Below the pieces are notes generated by a model. The model had not been told where the DNA came from, did no database searches, and was given only the letters and a program-made list of their open reading frames with translations. From Eledone cirrhosa (lineage: Eukaryota), in contig OZ024740.1 in NCBI GenBank assembly GCA_964016885.1, positions 15,996,001-16,060,000 on the forward strand: a stretch of 64,000 bases of DNA, given 5' to 3'. Made by a program: the position numbers and the translations under genes. Each line of letters begins with the position of its first letter. Within the stretch, counting starts at the first letter, position 1. This document shows positions 1 to 10,400 of the stretch, piece by piece.

Positions 1-2439
1 AGCAGAAGGTCTTCAGAGAAGAAAGTCTCAGGAGAGCTGGACAGCAGAAGGTCTTTAGAGAAGAAACTCTCAGGAGAGCTGGATAGCAGAAGGTCTTCAG
101 AGAAGAAACTCTCGGGAGAGCTGGACAAAAGAAGGTCTTTAGAGAAGAAACTCTCAGGAGAGCTAGACAGCAGAAGGTCTTCAGAGAAGAATCTCTCAAG
201 AGAGTTGGACAGCAGAAGGTCTTCAGAGAACAAACTCAAGGGAGAGCTGGACAGCAGAAGGTCTTCAGAGATAAACTCTCGGGAGAGCTGGACATCAGAA
301 GGTCCTCAGAGAAGAAACTCTCGGGACAGCTGGATAGCAGAAGGTCTTCAGAGAAGAAACTCTCGGTAGAGCTGGACAGCAGAAGGTCTTCAGAGAAGAA
401 AATGTCAGGAGAGCTGGACAGTAGGTCTTCAGTGAAGAAACTCTCGGGAGTGCTGGACAGCAGAAGGTCTTTAGAGAAGAAACTCTCAGAAGAGCTAGAC
501 AGCAGAATGTGTTGAGAGAAGAAACTGTCAGGAGAGCTGGACAGCAGAAGGTCTTCAGAGAAGAAACTCTCAGAAGAGCTAGACAGCAGGTCTTCAGAGA
601 AGAAACTCTCGGGAGAGCTGGACAGCAGAATGTCTTCAGAGAAGAAACTCTCAGAAGAGCTAGACAGCAGAAAATTTTCAGAGAGAAACTGTCAGGAGAG
701 CTGGACAGCAGAAGGTCTTCAGAGAAGAAACTCTCAGGAGAGCTGGACAGCAGAAGGTCTTCAGAGAAGAAACTCTCGGGAGAGCTGGACAGCAGAAGAT
801 CTTCAGAGAAGAAACTCTCAGGAGAGCTAGACAGCAGAAGGTCGTTAGAGAAGAAACTCTCAGAAGAGTTGGACAGCAGAAGGTCTTCAGAAAAGAAACT
901 CTCGGGAGAGCTGGACAGCAGAAGGTCTTCAGAGAAGAAACTCTCGGGAGAGCTAGACAGCAGAAGGTCTTCAGAGAAGAAACTCTCAGGAGAGCTAGAC
1001 AGCAGAAGGTCTTTAGAGAAGAAACTTTCAGGAGAGCTAGACAGCAGAAGGTCTTCAGAGAAGAAACTCTCAGGAGAGCTGGACAGCAGAAGGTCTTCAG
1101 AGAAGAAACTCTCGGGAGAGCTGGACAGCAGAAGGTCTTTAGAGAAGAAACTCTCGGGAGAGTTGGACAGCAGAAGGTCTTCAGAGAAGAAACTCTCAGG
1201 AGAGCTGGATAGCAGAAGGTCTTCAGAGAAGAAACTCTCGGGAGAGCTGGACAGCAGAAGGTCTTTAGAGAAGAAACTCTCTGGAGAGCTAGACAGCAGA
1301 AGGTCTTCAGAGAAGAAACTCTCGGGAGAGCTGGACAGCAGAAGGTCTTTAGAGAAGAAACTCTCTGGAGAGCTAGACAGCAGAAGGTCTTCAGAGAAGA
1401 AACTCTGAAGAGAGTTGGACAGCAGAAGGTCTTCAGAGAACAAACTCACGGGAGAGCTGGACAGCTGAAGGTCTTCAGAGATAAACTCTCGGGAGAGCTG
1501 GACATCAGAAGGTCTTCAGAGAATAAACTCTCGGGAGAGCTCGACAGCAGAAGGTCTTCAGAGAAGAAACTCTCGGGAGAGCTGGACAGCAGAAGGTCTT
1601 CAGAGAAGAAACTCTCGGTCGAGCTGGACAGCAGAAGGTCTTCGGAGAAGAAACTGTCAGGAGAGCTGGACAGTAGGTCTTCAGAGAAGAAACTCTCGGG
1701 AGTGCTGGACAGCAGAAGGTCTTTAGAGAAGAAACTCTCAGAATAGCTGGACAGCAGAAGGTCTTTAGAGAAGAAACTGTCAGGAGAGCTGGACAGTAGA
1801 AGGTCTTTAGAGAAGAAACTCTCAGGAGAGCTGGACAGTAGAAGGTCTTCAGATAAGAAACTGTCAGGAGACCTGGACAGCAGAAGGTCTTTAGAGAAGA
1901 AACTCTCAGGAGAGCTGGCCAGCAGAAGGTCTTAAGAGAAGAAACTGTCAGGAGAGCTGGACAGCAGATGGTCTTCAGCAAAGAAACTCTCAGAAGAGTT
2001 GGACAGCAGAGGGTCTTCAGAGAAGAAACTCTCAAGAGAGCTAGACAGCAGAAGGTCTTCAGAGAAGAAACTCTCAGGAGGGTTGGACAGCAGAAGGTCT
2101 TCAGAGAAGAAACTCTCAGGAGAGTTGGACAGCAGAAGGTCTGCAGACAAGAAACTATCAGGGGAGCTGGACAGCAGAAGGTCTTCAGAGAAGAAACTCT
2201 CGGGAGAGCTGTACAGCAGAAGGTCTTCAGAAGAGAAACTCTCAGGAGAGCTAGGCAGCAGAAGGTCTTCAGAGAAGATACTCTCAGGAGATCTAGACAG
2301 CAGAAGGTCTTTAGAGAAGAAACTCTCAGGAGAGCTAGACAGCAGAAGGTCTTAAGAGAAGAAACTCTCAGGAGAGCTGGACAGCAGAAGGTCTTCAGAG
2401 AAGCTCTCGGGAGAGTTGGACAGCAGAAGGTCTTCAGAG

Positions 2440-4404
2440 AAGAAACTCTCAGGAGAGCTAGACAGCAGAAGGTCTTCAGAGAAGAAAGTCTCAGGAGAGC
2501 TGGACAGAAGAAGGTCTTCAGAGAAGAAACTCTCAGGACATCTGGATAGCAGAAGGTCTTCAGAGAAGAAACTCTCGGGAGAGCTGGACAGCAGAAGGTC
2601 TTTAGAGAAGAAACTCTCAGGAGAGCTAGACAGCAGAAGGTCTTCAGAGAAGAAACTCTCAAGAGAGTTGGACAGCAGAAGGTCTTCAGAGAACAAACTC
2701 ACGGGAGAGCTGGACAGCAGAAGGTCTTCAGAGATAAACTCTCGTGAGAGCTGGACATCAGAAGGTCTTCAGAGAAGAAACTCTCGGGAGAGCTGGATAG
2801 CAGGAGGTCTTCAGAGAAGAAACTCTCGGGAGAGCTGGACAGCAGAAGGTCTTCAGAGAAGAAACACTCGGTAGAGCTGGACAGCAGAAGGTCTTCAGAG
2901 AAGAAAATGTCAGGAGAGCTGGACAGTAGGTCTTCAGAGAAGAAACTCTCGGGCGTGCTTGACAGCAGAAGGTCTTTAGAGAAGAAACTCTCAGAAGAGC
3001 TAGACAGCAGAATGTGTTCAGAGAAGAAACTGTCAGGAGAGCTGGACAGCAGAAGGTCTTCAGAGAAGAAACTCTCAGAAGAGCTAGACAGCAGGTCTTC
3101 AGAGAAGAAACTCTCGGGAGAGCTGGACAGCAGATGGTCTTCAGAGAAGAAACTCTCAGAAGAGCTAGACAGCAGAAAATGTTCAGAGAGAAACTGTCAG
3201 GAGAGCTGGACAGCAGGAGGTCTTCAGAGAAGAAACTCTCAGGAGAGCTGGACAGCAGAAGGGCTTCAGAGAAGAAACTCTCGGAAGAGCTGGACAGCAG
3301 AAGATCTTCAAAGAAGAAACTCTCAGGAGAGCTAGACAGCAGAAGGTCTTTAGAGAAGAAACTGTCAGAAGAGCTAGACAGCAGAAGGTCTTTAGAGAAG
3401 AAACTCTCGGGAGAGCTGGACAGCATAAGGTCTTCAGAAAAGAAACTCTCAGGAGAGCTAGACAGCAGAAGGTCTTCAGAGAAGAAAGTCTCAGGAGAGC
3501 TGGACAGAAGAAGGTCTTCAGAGAAGAAACTCTCATGACATCTGGATAGCAGAAGGTCTTCAGAGAAGAAACTCTCGGGAGAGCTGGACAGCAGAAGGTC
3601 TTTAGAGAAGAAACTCTCAGGAGAGCTAGACAGCAGAAGGTCTTCAGAGAAGAAACTCTCAAGAGAGTTGGACAGCAGAAGGTCTTCAGAGAACAAACTC
3701 ACGGGAGAGCTGGACAGCAGAAGGTCTTCAGAGATAAACTCTCGTGAGAGCTGGACATCAGAAGGTCTTCAGAGAAGAAACTCTCGGGAGAGCTGGATAG
3801 CAGGAGGTCTTCAGAGAAGAAACTCTCGGGAGAGCTGGACAGCAGAAGGTCTTCAGAGAAGAAACACTCGGTAGAGCTGGACAGCAGAAGGTCTTCAGAG
3901 AAGAAAATGTCAGGAGAGCTGGACAGTAGGTCTTCAGAGAAGAAACTCTCGGGCGTGCTTGACAGCAGAAGGTCTTTAGAGAAGAAACTCTCAGAAGAGC
4001 TAGACAGCAGAAGGTGTTCAGAGAAGAAACTGTCAGGAGAGCTGGACAGCAGAAGGTCTTCAGAGAAGAAACTCTCAGAAGAGCTAGACAGCAGGTCTTC
4101 AGAGAAGAAACTCTCGGGAGAGCTGGACAGCAGATGGTCTTCAGAGAAGAAACTCTCAGAAGAGCTAGACAGCAGAAAATGTTCAGAGAGAAACTGTCAG
4201 GAGAGCTGGACAGCAGGAGGTCTTCAGAGAAGAAACTCTCAGGAGAGCTGGACAGCAGAAGGGCTTCAGAGAAGAAACTCTCGGAAGAGCTGGACAGCAG
4301 AAGATCTTCAAAGAAGAAACTCTCAGGAGAGCTAGACAGCAGAAGGTCTTTAGAGAAGAAACTGTCAGAAGAGCTAGACAGCAGAAGGTCTTTAGAGAAG
4401 AAAC
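2440..4404 (+). repeat. Tandem duplication, 1000-bp period (24 monomers)
   Basis: Rare variants (GACATCTGGATAG, CTCGTGAGAG, AAACACTCGG, GGGCGTGCTT) recur at +1000. ORF pairs 2907/3907 and 3014/4014. 24x42 minus 8 bp of deletions = 1000. Differences seen at ~2536/3536 and ~3013/4013. Confidence 0.92.
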
Positions 4405-7124
4405 TGTCAGGAGAGCTGGACAGTAGAAGGTCTTTCGAGAAGAAACTCTCAGGAGAGCTGGACAGTAGAAGGTCTTCAGAGAAGAAACTGTCAAGAGAGC
4501 TGGACAGCAGATGGTCTTCAGCGAAGAAACTCTCAGAAGAGTTGGACAGCAGAAGGTCTTCAGAGAAGAAACTCTCAGGGGAGCTAGACAGCAGAAGGTC
4601 TTCAGAGAAGAAACTCTCAGAGGAGCTAGACAGCAGGTCTTCAGAGAAGAAACTCTCGGGAGAGCTGGACAGCAGAAGGTCTTCAGAGAAGAAACTCTCG
4701 GGAGAGCTAGACAGCAGAAGGTCTTCAGAAAAGAAACTCTCAGGAGAGCTAGACAGCAGAAGGTCTTCAGAGAAGAAACTCTCAGGGGAGTTGGACAGCA
4801 GAAGGTCTGCAGAGAAGAAACTCTCAGGACAGCAAGACAGCAGAAGGTCTTCAGAGAAGAAACTCTCAGGAGAGCTGGACAGTAGAAGGTCTTCAGAGAA
4901 GAAACTCTCGGGAGAGCTAGACAGCAGAAGGTCTTCAGAGAAGAAACTCTCAGGAGAGCTAGACAGCAGAGGGTCTTCAGAGAAGAAACTCTCGGGAGAG
5001 CTGAACAGCAAATGGTCTTCAGCGAAGAAACTCTCAGGAGAGCTAGACAGCAGAAGGTCTTCAGAGAAGAAACTCTCAGGAGAGCTAGACAGCAGAGGGT
5101 CTTCAGAGAAGAAACTCACGGGAGAGCTGGACAGCAGATGGTCTTCAGCAAAGAAACTCTCAGAAGAGTTGGACAGCAGAAGGTCTTCAGAGAAGAAACT
5201 CTCAGGAGAGCTAGACAGCAGAAGGTCTTCAGAGACGAAACTCTCGGGAGAGCTGGACAGCAGAAGGTCTTCAGAGAAGAAACTCTCAGGAGAGCTAGAC
5301 AGCAGAAGGTCTTCATAGAAGAAACACTCAGGAGAGCTAGACAGCAGAAGGTCTTCAGAGAAGAAACTCTCAGAAGAGCTAGACAGCAGATCTTCAGAGA
5401 AGAAACTCTCGGTAGAGCTGGACAGCAGAAGGTCTTCAGAGAAGAAACTCTCAGGAGAGCTGGACAGCAGAAGGTCTTTAGTGAAGAAACTCTCGGGAGA
5501 GCTGGACAGCATAAGGTCTTCAGAAAAGAAACTCTCAGGAGAGCTAGACAGCAGAAGGTCTTCAGAGAAGAAACTCTCAGGAGAGCTAGACAGCAGAAGG
5601 TCTTTAGAGAAGAAACTTTCAGTAGAGCTAGACAACAGAAGGTCTTCAGAGAAGAAACTCTCAGGATAGCTAGACAGCAGAAGGTCTTCAGAGAAGAAAG
5701 TCTCGGGAGAGCTGGACAGCAGAAGGTCATTAGAGAAGAAACTCTCAGGAGAGCTAGACAACAGAAGGTCTTCAGAGAAGAAACTGTCAGGAGAGCTAGA
5801 CAGCAGAGGGTCTTCAGAGAAGAAACTGTCACGAGAGCTGGACAGTAGAAGGTCTTTAGAGAAGAAACTGTCAGGAGAGCTGGACAGCAGAAGGTCTTCA
5901 GAGAAGAAACTGTCAGGAGAGCTGGACAGAAGAAGGTCTTCAGAGAAGAAACTCTCAGGAGAGATAGACAGCAGGTCTTCTGAGAAGATACTCTCACGAG
6001 AGCTGGACACCAGAAGGTCTTCAGAGAAGAAACTCTCAAAAGAGCTAGACAGCAGAAGGTCTTCAGAGAAGAAAGTCTCAGGAGAGCTGGACAGCAGAAG
6101 GTCTTTAGAGAAGAAACTCTCAGGAGAGCTGGATAGCAGAAGGTCTTCAGAGAAGAAACTCTCGGGAGAGCTGGACAAAAGAAGGTCTTTAGAGAAGAAA
6201 CTCTCAGGAGAGCTAGACAGCAGAAGGTCTTCAGAGAAGAAACTCTCGGGACAGCTGGATAGCAGAAGGTCTTCAGAGAAGAAACTCTCGGGAGAGCTGG
6301 ACAGAAGAAGGTCTTCAGAGAAGAAACTCTCGGTAGAGCTGGACAGCAGAAGGTCTTCAGAGAAGAAAATGTCAGGAGAGCTGGACAGTAGGTCTTCAGA
6401 GAAGAAACTCTCGGGAGTGCTGGACAGCAGAAGGTCTTTAGAGAAGAAACTCTCAGAAGAGCTAGACAGCAGAATGTGTTGAGAGAAGAAACTGTCAGTA
6501 GAGCTGGACAGCAGAAGGTCTTCAGAGAAGAAACTCACAAAAGAGCTAGACAGCAGGTCTTCAGAGAAGAAACTCTCGGGAGAGCTGGACAGCAGAATGT
6601 CTTCAGAGAAGAAACTCTCAGAATAGCTAGACAGCAGAAAATTTTCAGAGAGAAACTGTCAGGAGAGCTGGACAGCAGAAGGTCTTCAGAGAAGAAACTC
6701 TCAGGAGAGCTGGACAGCAGAAGGTCTTCAGAGAAGAAACTCTCGGGAGAGCTGGACAAAAGAAGGTCTTTAGAGAAGAAACTCTCGGTAGAGCTGGACA
6801 GCAGAAGGTCTTCAGAGAAGAAACTCTCAGAAGAGTTGGACAGCAGAAGGTCTTCAGAAAAGAAACTCTCGGGAGAGCTGGACAGCAGAAGGTCTTCAGA
6901 GAAGAAACTCTCGGGAGAGCTAGACAGCAGAGGGTCTTCAGAAAAGAAACTCTCAGGAGAGCTAGACAGCAGAAGGTCTTCAGAGAAGAAACTCTCAGGA
7001 GAGCTAGACAACAGAAGGTCTTTAGAGAAGAAACTTTCAGGAGAGCTAGACAGCAGAAGGTCTTCAGAGAAGAAACTCTCAGGAGAGCTGGACAGCAGAA
7101 GGTCTTCAGAGAAGAAGCTCTCGG

Positions 7125-8830
7125 GAGTGCTGGACAGCAGAAGGTCTTTAGAGAAGAAACTCTCAGAATAGCTGGACAGCAGAAGGTCTTTAGAGAAGAA
7201 ACTGTCAGGAGAGCTGGACAGTAGAAGGTCTTTAGAGAAGAAACTCTCAGGAGAGCTGGACAGTAGAAGGTCTTCAGATAAGAAACTGTCAGGAGACCTG
7301 GACAGCAGAAGGTCTTTAGAGAAGAAACTCTCAGGAGAGCTGGCCAGCAGAAGGTCTTAAGAGAAGAAACTGTCAGGAGAGCTGGACAGCAGATGGTCTT
7401 CAGCAAAGAAACTCTCAGAAGAGTTGGACAGCAGAGGGTCTTCAGAGAAGAAACTCTCAAGAGAGCTAGACAGCAGAAGGTCTTCAGAGAAGAAACTCTC
7501 AGGAGGGTTGGACAGCAGAAGGTCTTCAGAGAAGAAACTCTCAGGAGAGTTGGACAGCAGAAGGTCTGCAGAGAAGAAACTATCAGGAGAGCTGGACAGC
7601 AGAAGGTCTTCAGAGGAGAAACTCTCGGGAGAGCTGTACAGCAGAAGGTCTTCAGAAGAGAAACTTTCAGGAGAGCTAGGCAGCAGAAGGTCTTCAGAGA
7701 AGAAACTCTCAGGAGATCTAGACAGCAGAAGGTCTTTAGAGAAGAAACTCTCAGGAGAGCTAGACAGCAGAAGGTCTTAAGAGAAGAAACTCTCAGGAGA
7801 GCTGGACAGCAGAAGGTCTTCAGAGAAGCTCTCGGGAGAGTTGGACAGCAGAAGGTCTTCAGAGAAGAAACTCTCAGGAGAGCTAGACAGCAGAAGGTCT
7901 TTAGAGAAGAAAGTCTCAGGAGAGCTGGACAGCAGAAGGTCTTCAGAGAAGAAACTCTCAGGACATCTGGATAGCAGAAGGTCTTCAGAGAAGAAACTCT
8001 CGGGAGAGCTGGACAGCAGAAGGTCTTTAGAGAAGAAACTCTCAGGAGAGCTAGACAGCAGAAGGTCTTCAGAGAAGAAACTCTCAAGAGAGTTGGACAG
8101 CAGAAGGTCTTCAGAGAACAAACTCACGGGAGAGCTGGACAGCAGAAGGTCTTCAGAGATAAACTCTCGGGAGAGCTGGACATCAGAAGGTCTTCAGAGA
8201 AGAAACTCTCGGGAGAGCTGGATAGCAGGAGGTCTTCAGAGAAGAAACTCTCGGGAGAGCTGGACAGCAGAAGGTCTTCAGAGAAGAAACTCTCGGTAGA
8301 GCTGGACAGCAGAAGGTCTTCAGAGAAGAAAATGTCAGGAGAGCTGGACAGTAGGTCTTCAGAGAAGAAACTCTCGGGCGTGCTGGACAGCAGAAGGTCT
8401 TTAGAGAAGAAACTCTCAGAAGAGCTAGACAGCAGAAGGTGTTCAGAGAAGAAACTGTCAGGAGAGCTGGACAGCAGAAGGTCTTCAGAGAAGAAACTCT
8501 CAGAAGAGCTAGACAGCAGGTCTTCAGAGAAGAAACTCTCGGGAGAGCTGGACAGCAGATGGTCTTCAGAGAAGAAACTCTCAGAAGAGCTAGACAGCAG
8601 AAAATGTTCAGAGAGAAACTGTCAGGAGATCTGGACAGCAGGAGGTCTTCAGAGAAGAAACTCTCATGAGAGCTGGACAGCAGAAGGGCTTCAGAGAAGA
8701 AACTCTCGGAAGAGCTGGACAGCAGAAGATCTTCAGAGAAGAAACTCTCAGGAGAGCTAGACAGCAGAAGGTCTTTAGAGAAGAAACTGTCAGAAGAGCT
8801 AGACAGCAGAAGGTCTTTAGAGAAGAAACT
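7125..8830 (+). repeat. Dispersed copy of block ~1700-3405 (offset 5425)
   Basis: ORF pairs 1968/7393, 1999/7424, 2352/7777, 2907/8332 and 3014/8439 are all offset 5425 with near-identical translations. Confidence 0.88.
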
Positions 8831-8979
8831 GTCAGGAGAGCTGGACAGTAGAAGGTCTTTCGAGAAGAAACTCTCAGGAGAGCTGGACAGTAGAAGGTCT
8901 TCAGAGAAGAAACTATCAGGAGACCTGGACAGCAGAAGGTCTTTAGAGAAGAAACTCTCAGGAGAGCTGGCCACAGAAG

Positions 8980-10400
8980 GTCTTCAGAGAAGAAACTGTC
9001 AAGAGAGCTGGACAGCAGATGGTCTTCAGCGAAGAAACTCTCAGAAGAGTTGGACAGCAGAAGGTCTTCAGAGAAGAAACTCTCAGGGGAGCTAGACAGC
9101 AGAAGGTCTTCAGAGAAGAAACTCTCAGAGGAGCTAGACAGCAGGTCTTCAGAGAAGAAACTCTCGGGAGAGCTGGACAGCAGAAGGTCTTCAGAGAAGA
9201 AACTCTCGGGAGAGCTAGACAGCAGAAGGTCTTCAGAAAAGAAACTCTCAGGAGAGCTAGACAGCAGAAGGTCTTCAGAGAAGAAACTCTCAGGAGAGTT
9301 GGACAGCAGAAGGTCTGCAGAGAAGAAACTCTTAGGACAGCAAGACAGCAGAAGGTCTTCAGAGAAGAAACTCTCAGGAGAGCTGGACAGTAGAAGGTCT
9401 TCAGAGAAGAAACTCTCGGGAGAGCTAGACAGCAGAAGGTCTTCAGAGAAGAAACTCTCAGGAGAGCTAGACAGCAGAGGGTCTTCAGAGAAGAAACTCT
9501 CGGGAGAGCTGAACAGCAAATGGTCTTCAGCGAAGAAACTCTCAGGAGAGCTAGACAGCAGAAGGTCTTCAGAGAAGAAACTCTCAGGAGAGCTAGACAG
9601 CAGAGGGTCTTCAGAGAAGAAACTCTCGGGAGAGCTGGACAGCAGATGGTCTTCAGCAAAGAAACTCTCAGAAGAGTTGGACAGCAGAAGGTCTTCAGAG
9701 AAGAAACTCTCAGGAGAGCTAGACAGCAGAAGGTCTTCAGAGACGAAACTCTCGGGAGAGCTGGACAGCAGAAGGTCTTCAGAGAAGAAACTCTCAGGAG
9801 AGCTAGACAGCAGAAGGTCTTCAGAGAAGAAACTCTCAGGAGAGCTAGACAGCAGAAGGTCTTCAGAGAAGAAACTCTCAGAAGAGCTAGACAGCAGATC
9901 TTCAGAGAAGAAACTCTCGGTAGAGCTGGACAGCAGAAGGTCTTCAGAGAAGAAACTCTCAGGAGAGCTGGACAGCAGAAGGTCTTCAGTGAAGAAACTC
10001 TCGGGAGAGCTGGACAGCATAAGGTCTTCAGAAAAGAAACTCTCAGGAGAACTAGACAGCAGAAGGTCTTCAGAGAAGTAACTCTCAGGAGAGCTAGACA
10101 GCAGAAGGTCTTTAGAGAAGAAACTTTCAGTAGAGCTAGACAACAGAAGGTCTTCAGAGAAGAAACTCTCAGGATAGCTAGACAGCAGAAGGTCTTCAGA
10201 GAAGAAAGTCTCGGGAGAGCTGGACAGCAGAAGGTCATTAGAGAAGAAACTCTCAGGAGAGCTAGACAACAGAAGGTCTTCAGAGAAGAAACTGTCAGGA
10301 GAGCTAGACAGCAGAGGGTCTTCAGAGAAGAAACTGTCACGAGAGCTGGACAGTAGAAGGTCTTTAGAGAAGAAACTGTCAGGAGAGCTGGACAGCAGAA
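8980..10400 (+). repeat. Dispersed copy of block ~4470-5890 (offset 4508)
   Basis: ORF pairs 4511/9019 and 5012/9520. Shared rare variants GGACAGCAAGAC, CTGAACAGCAAATGG, GAGACGAAA and GGTCATTAG. Confidence 0.88.

Noticed and set aside
2440-4404. Exact 1000-bp period as a sign of artificial or assembly duplication
   Set aside because: The period equals 24x42 minus the observed deletions (1+3+3+1), and the copies differ by at least two substitutions, so the round number is probably coincidence.
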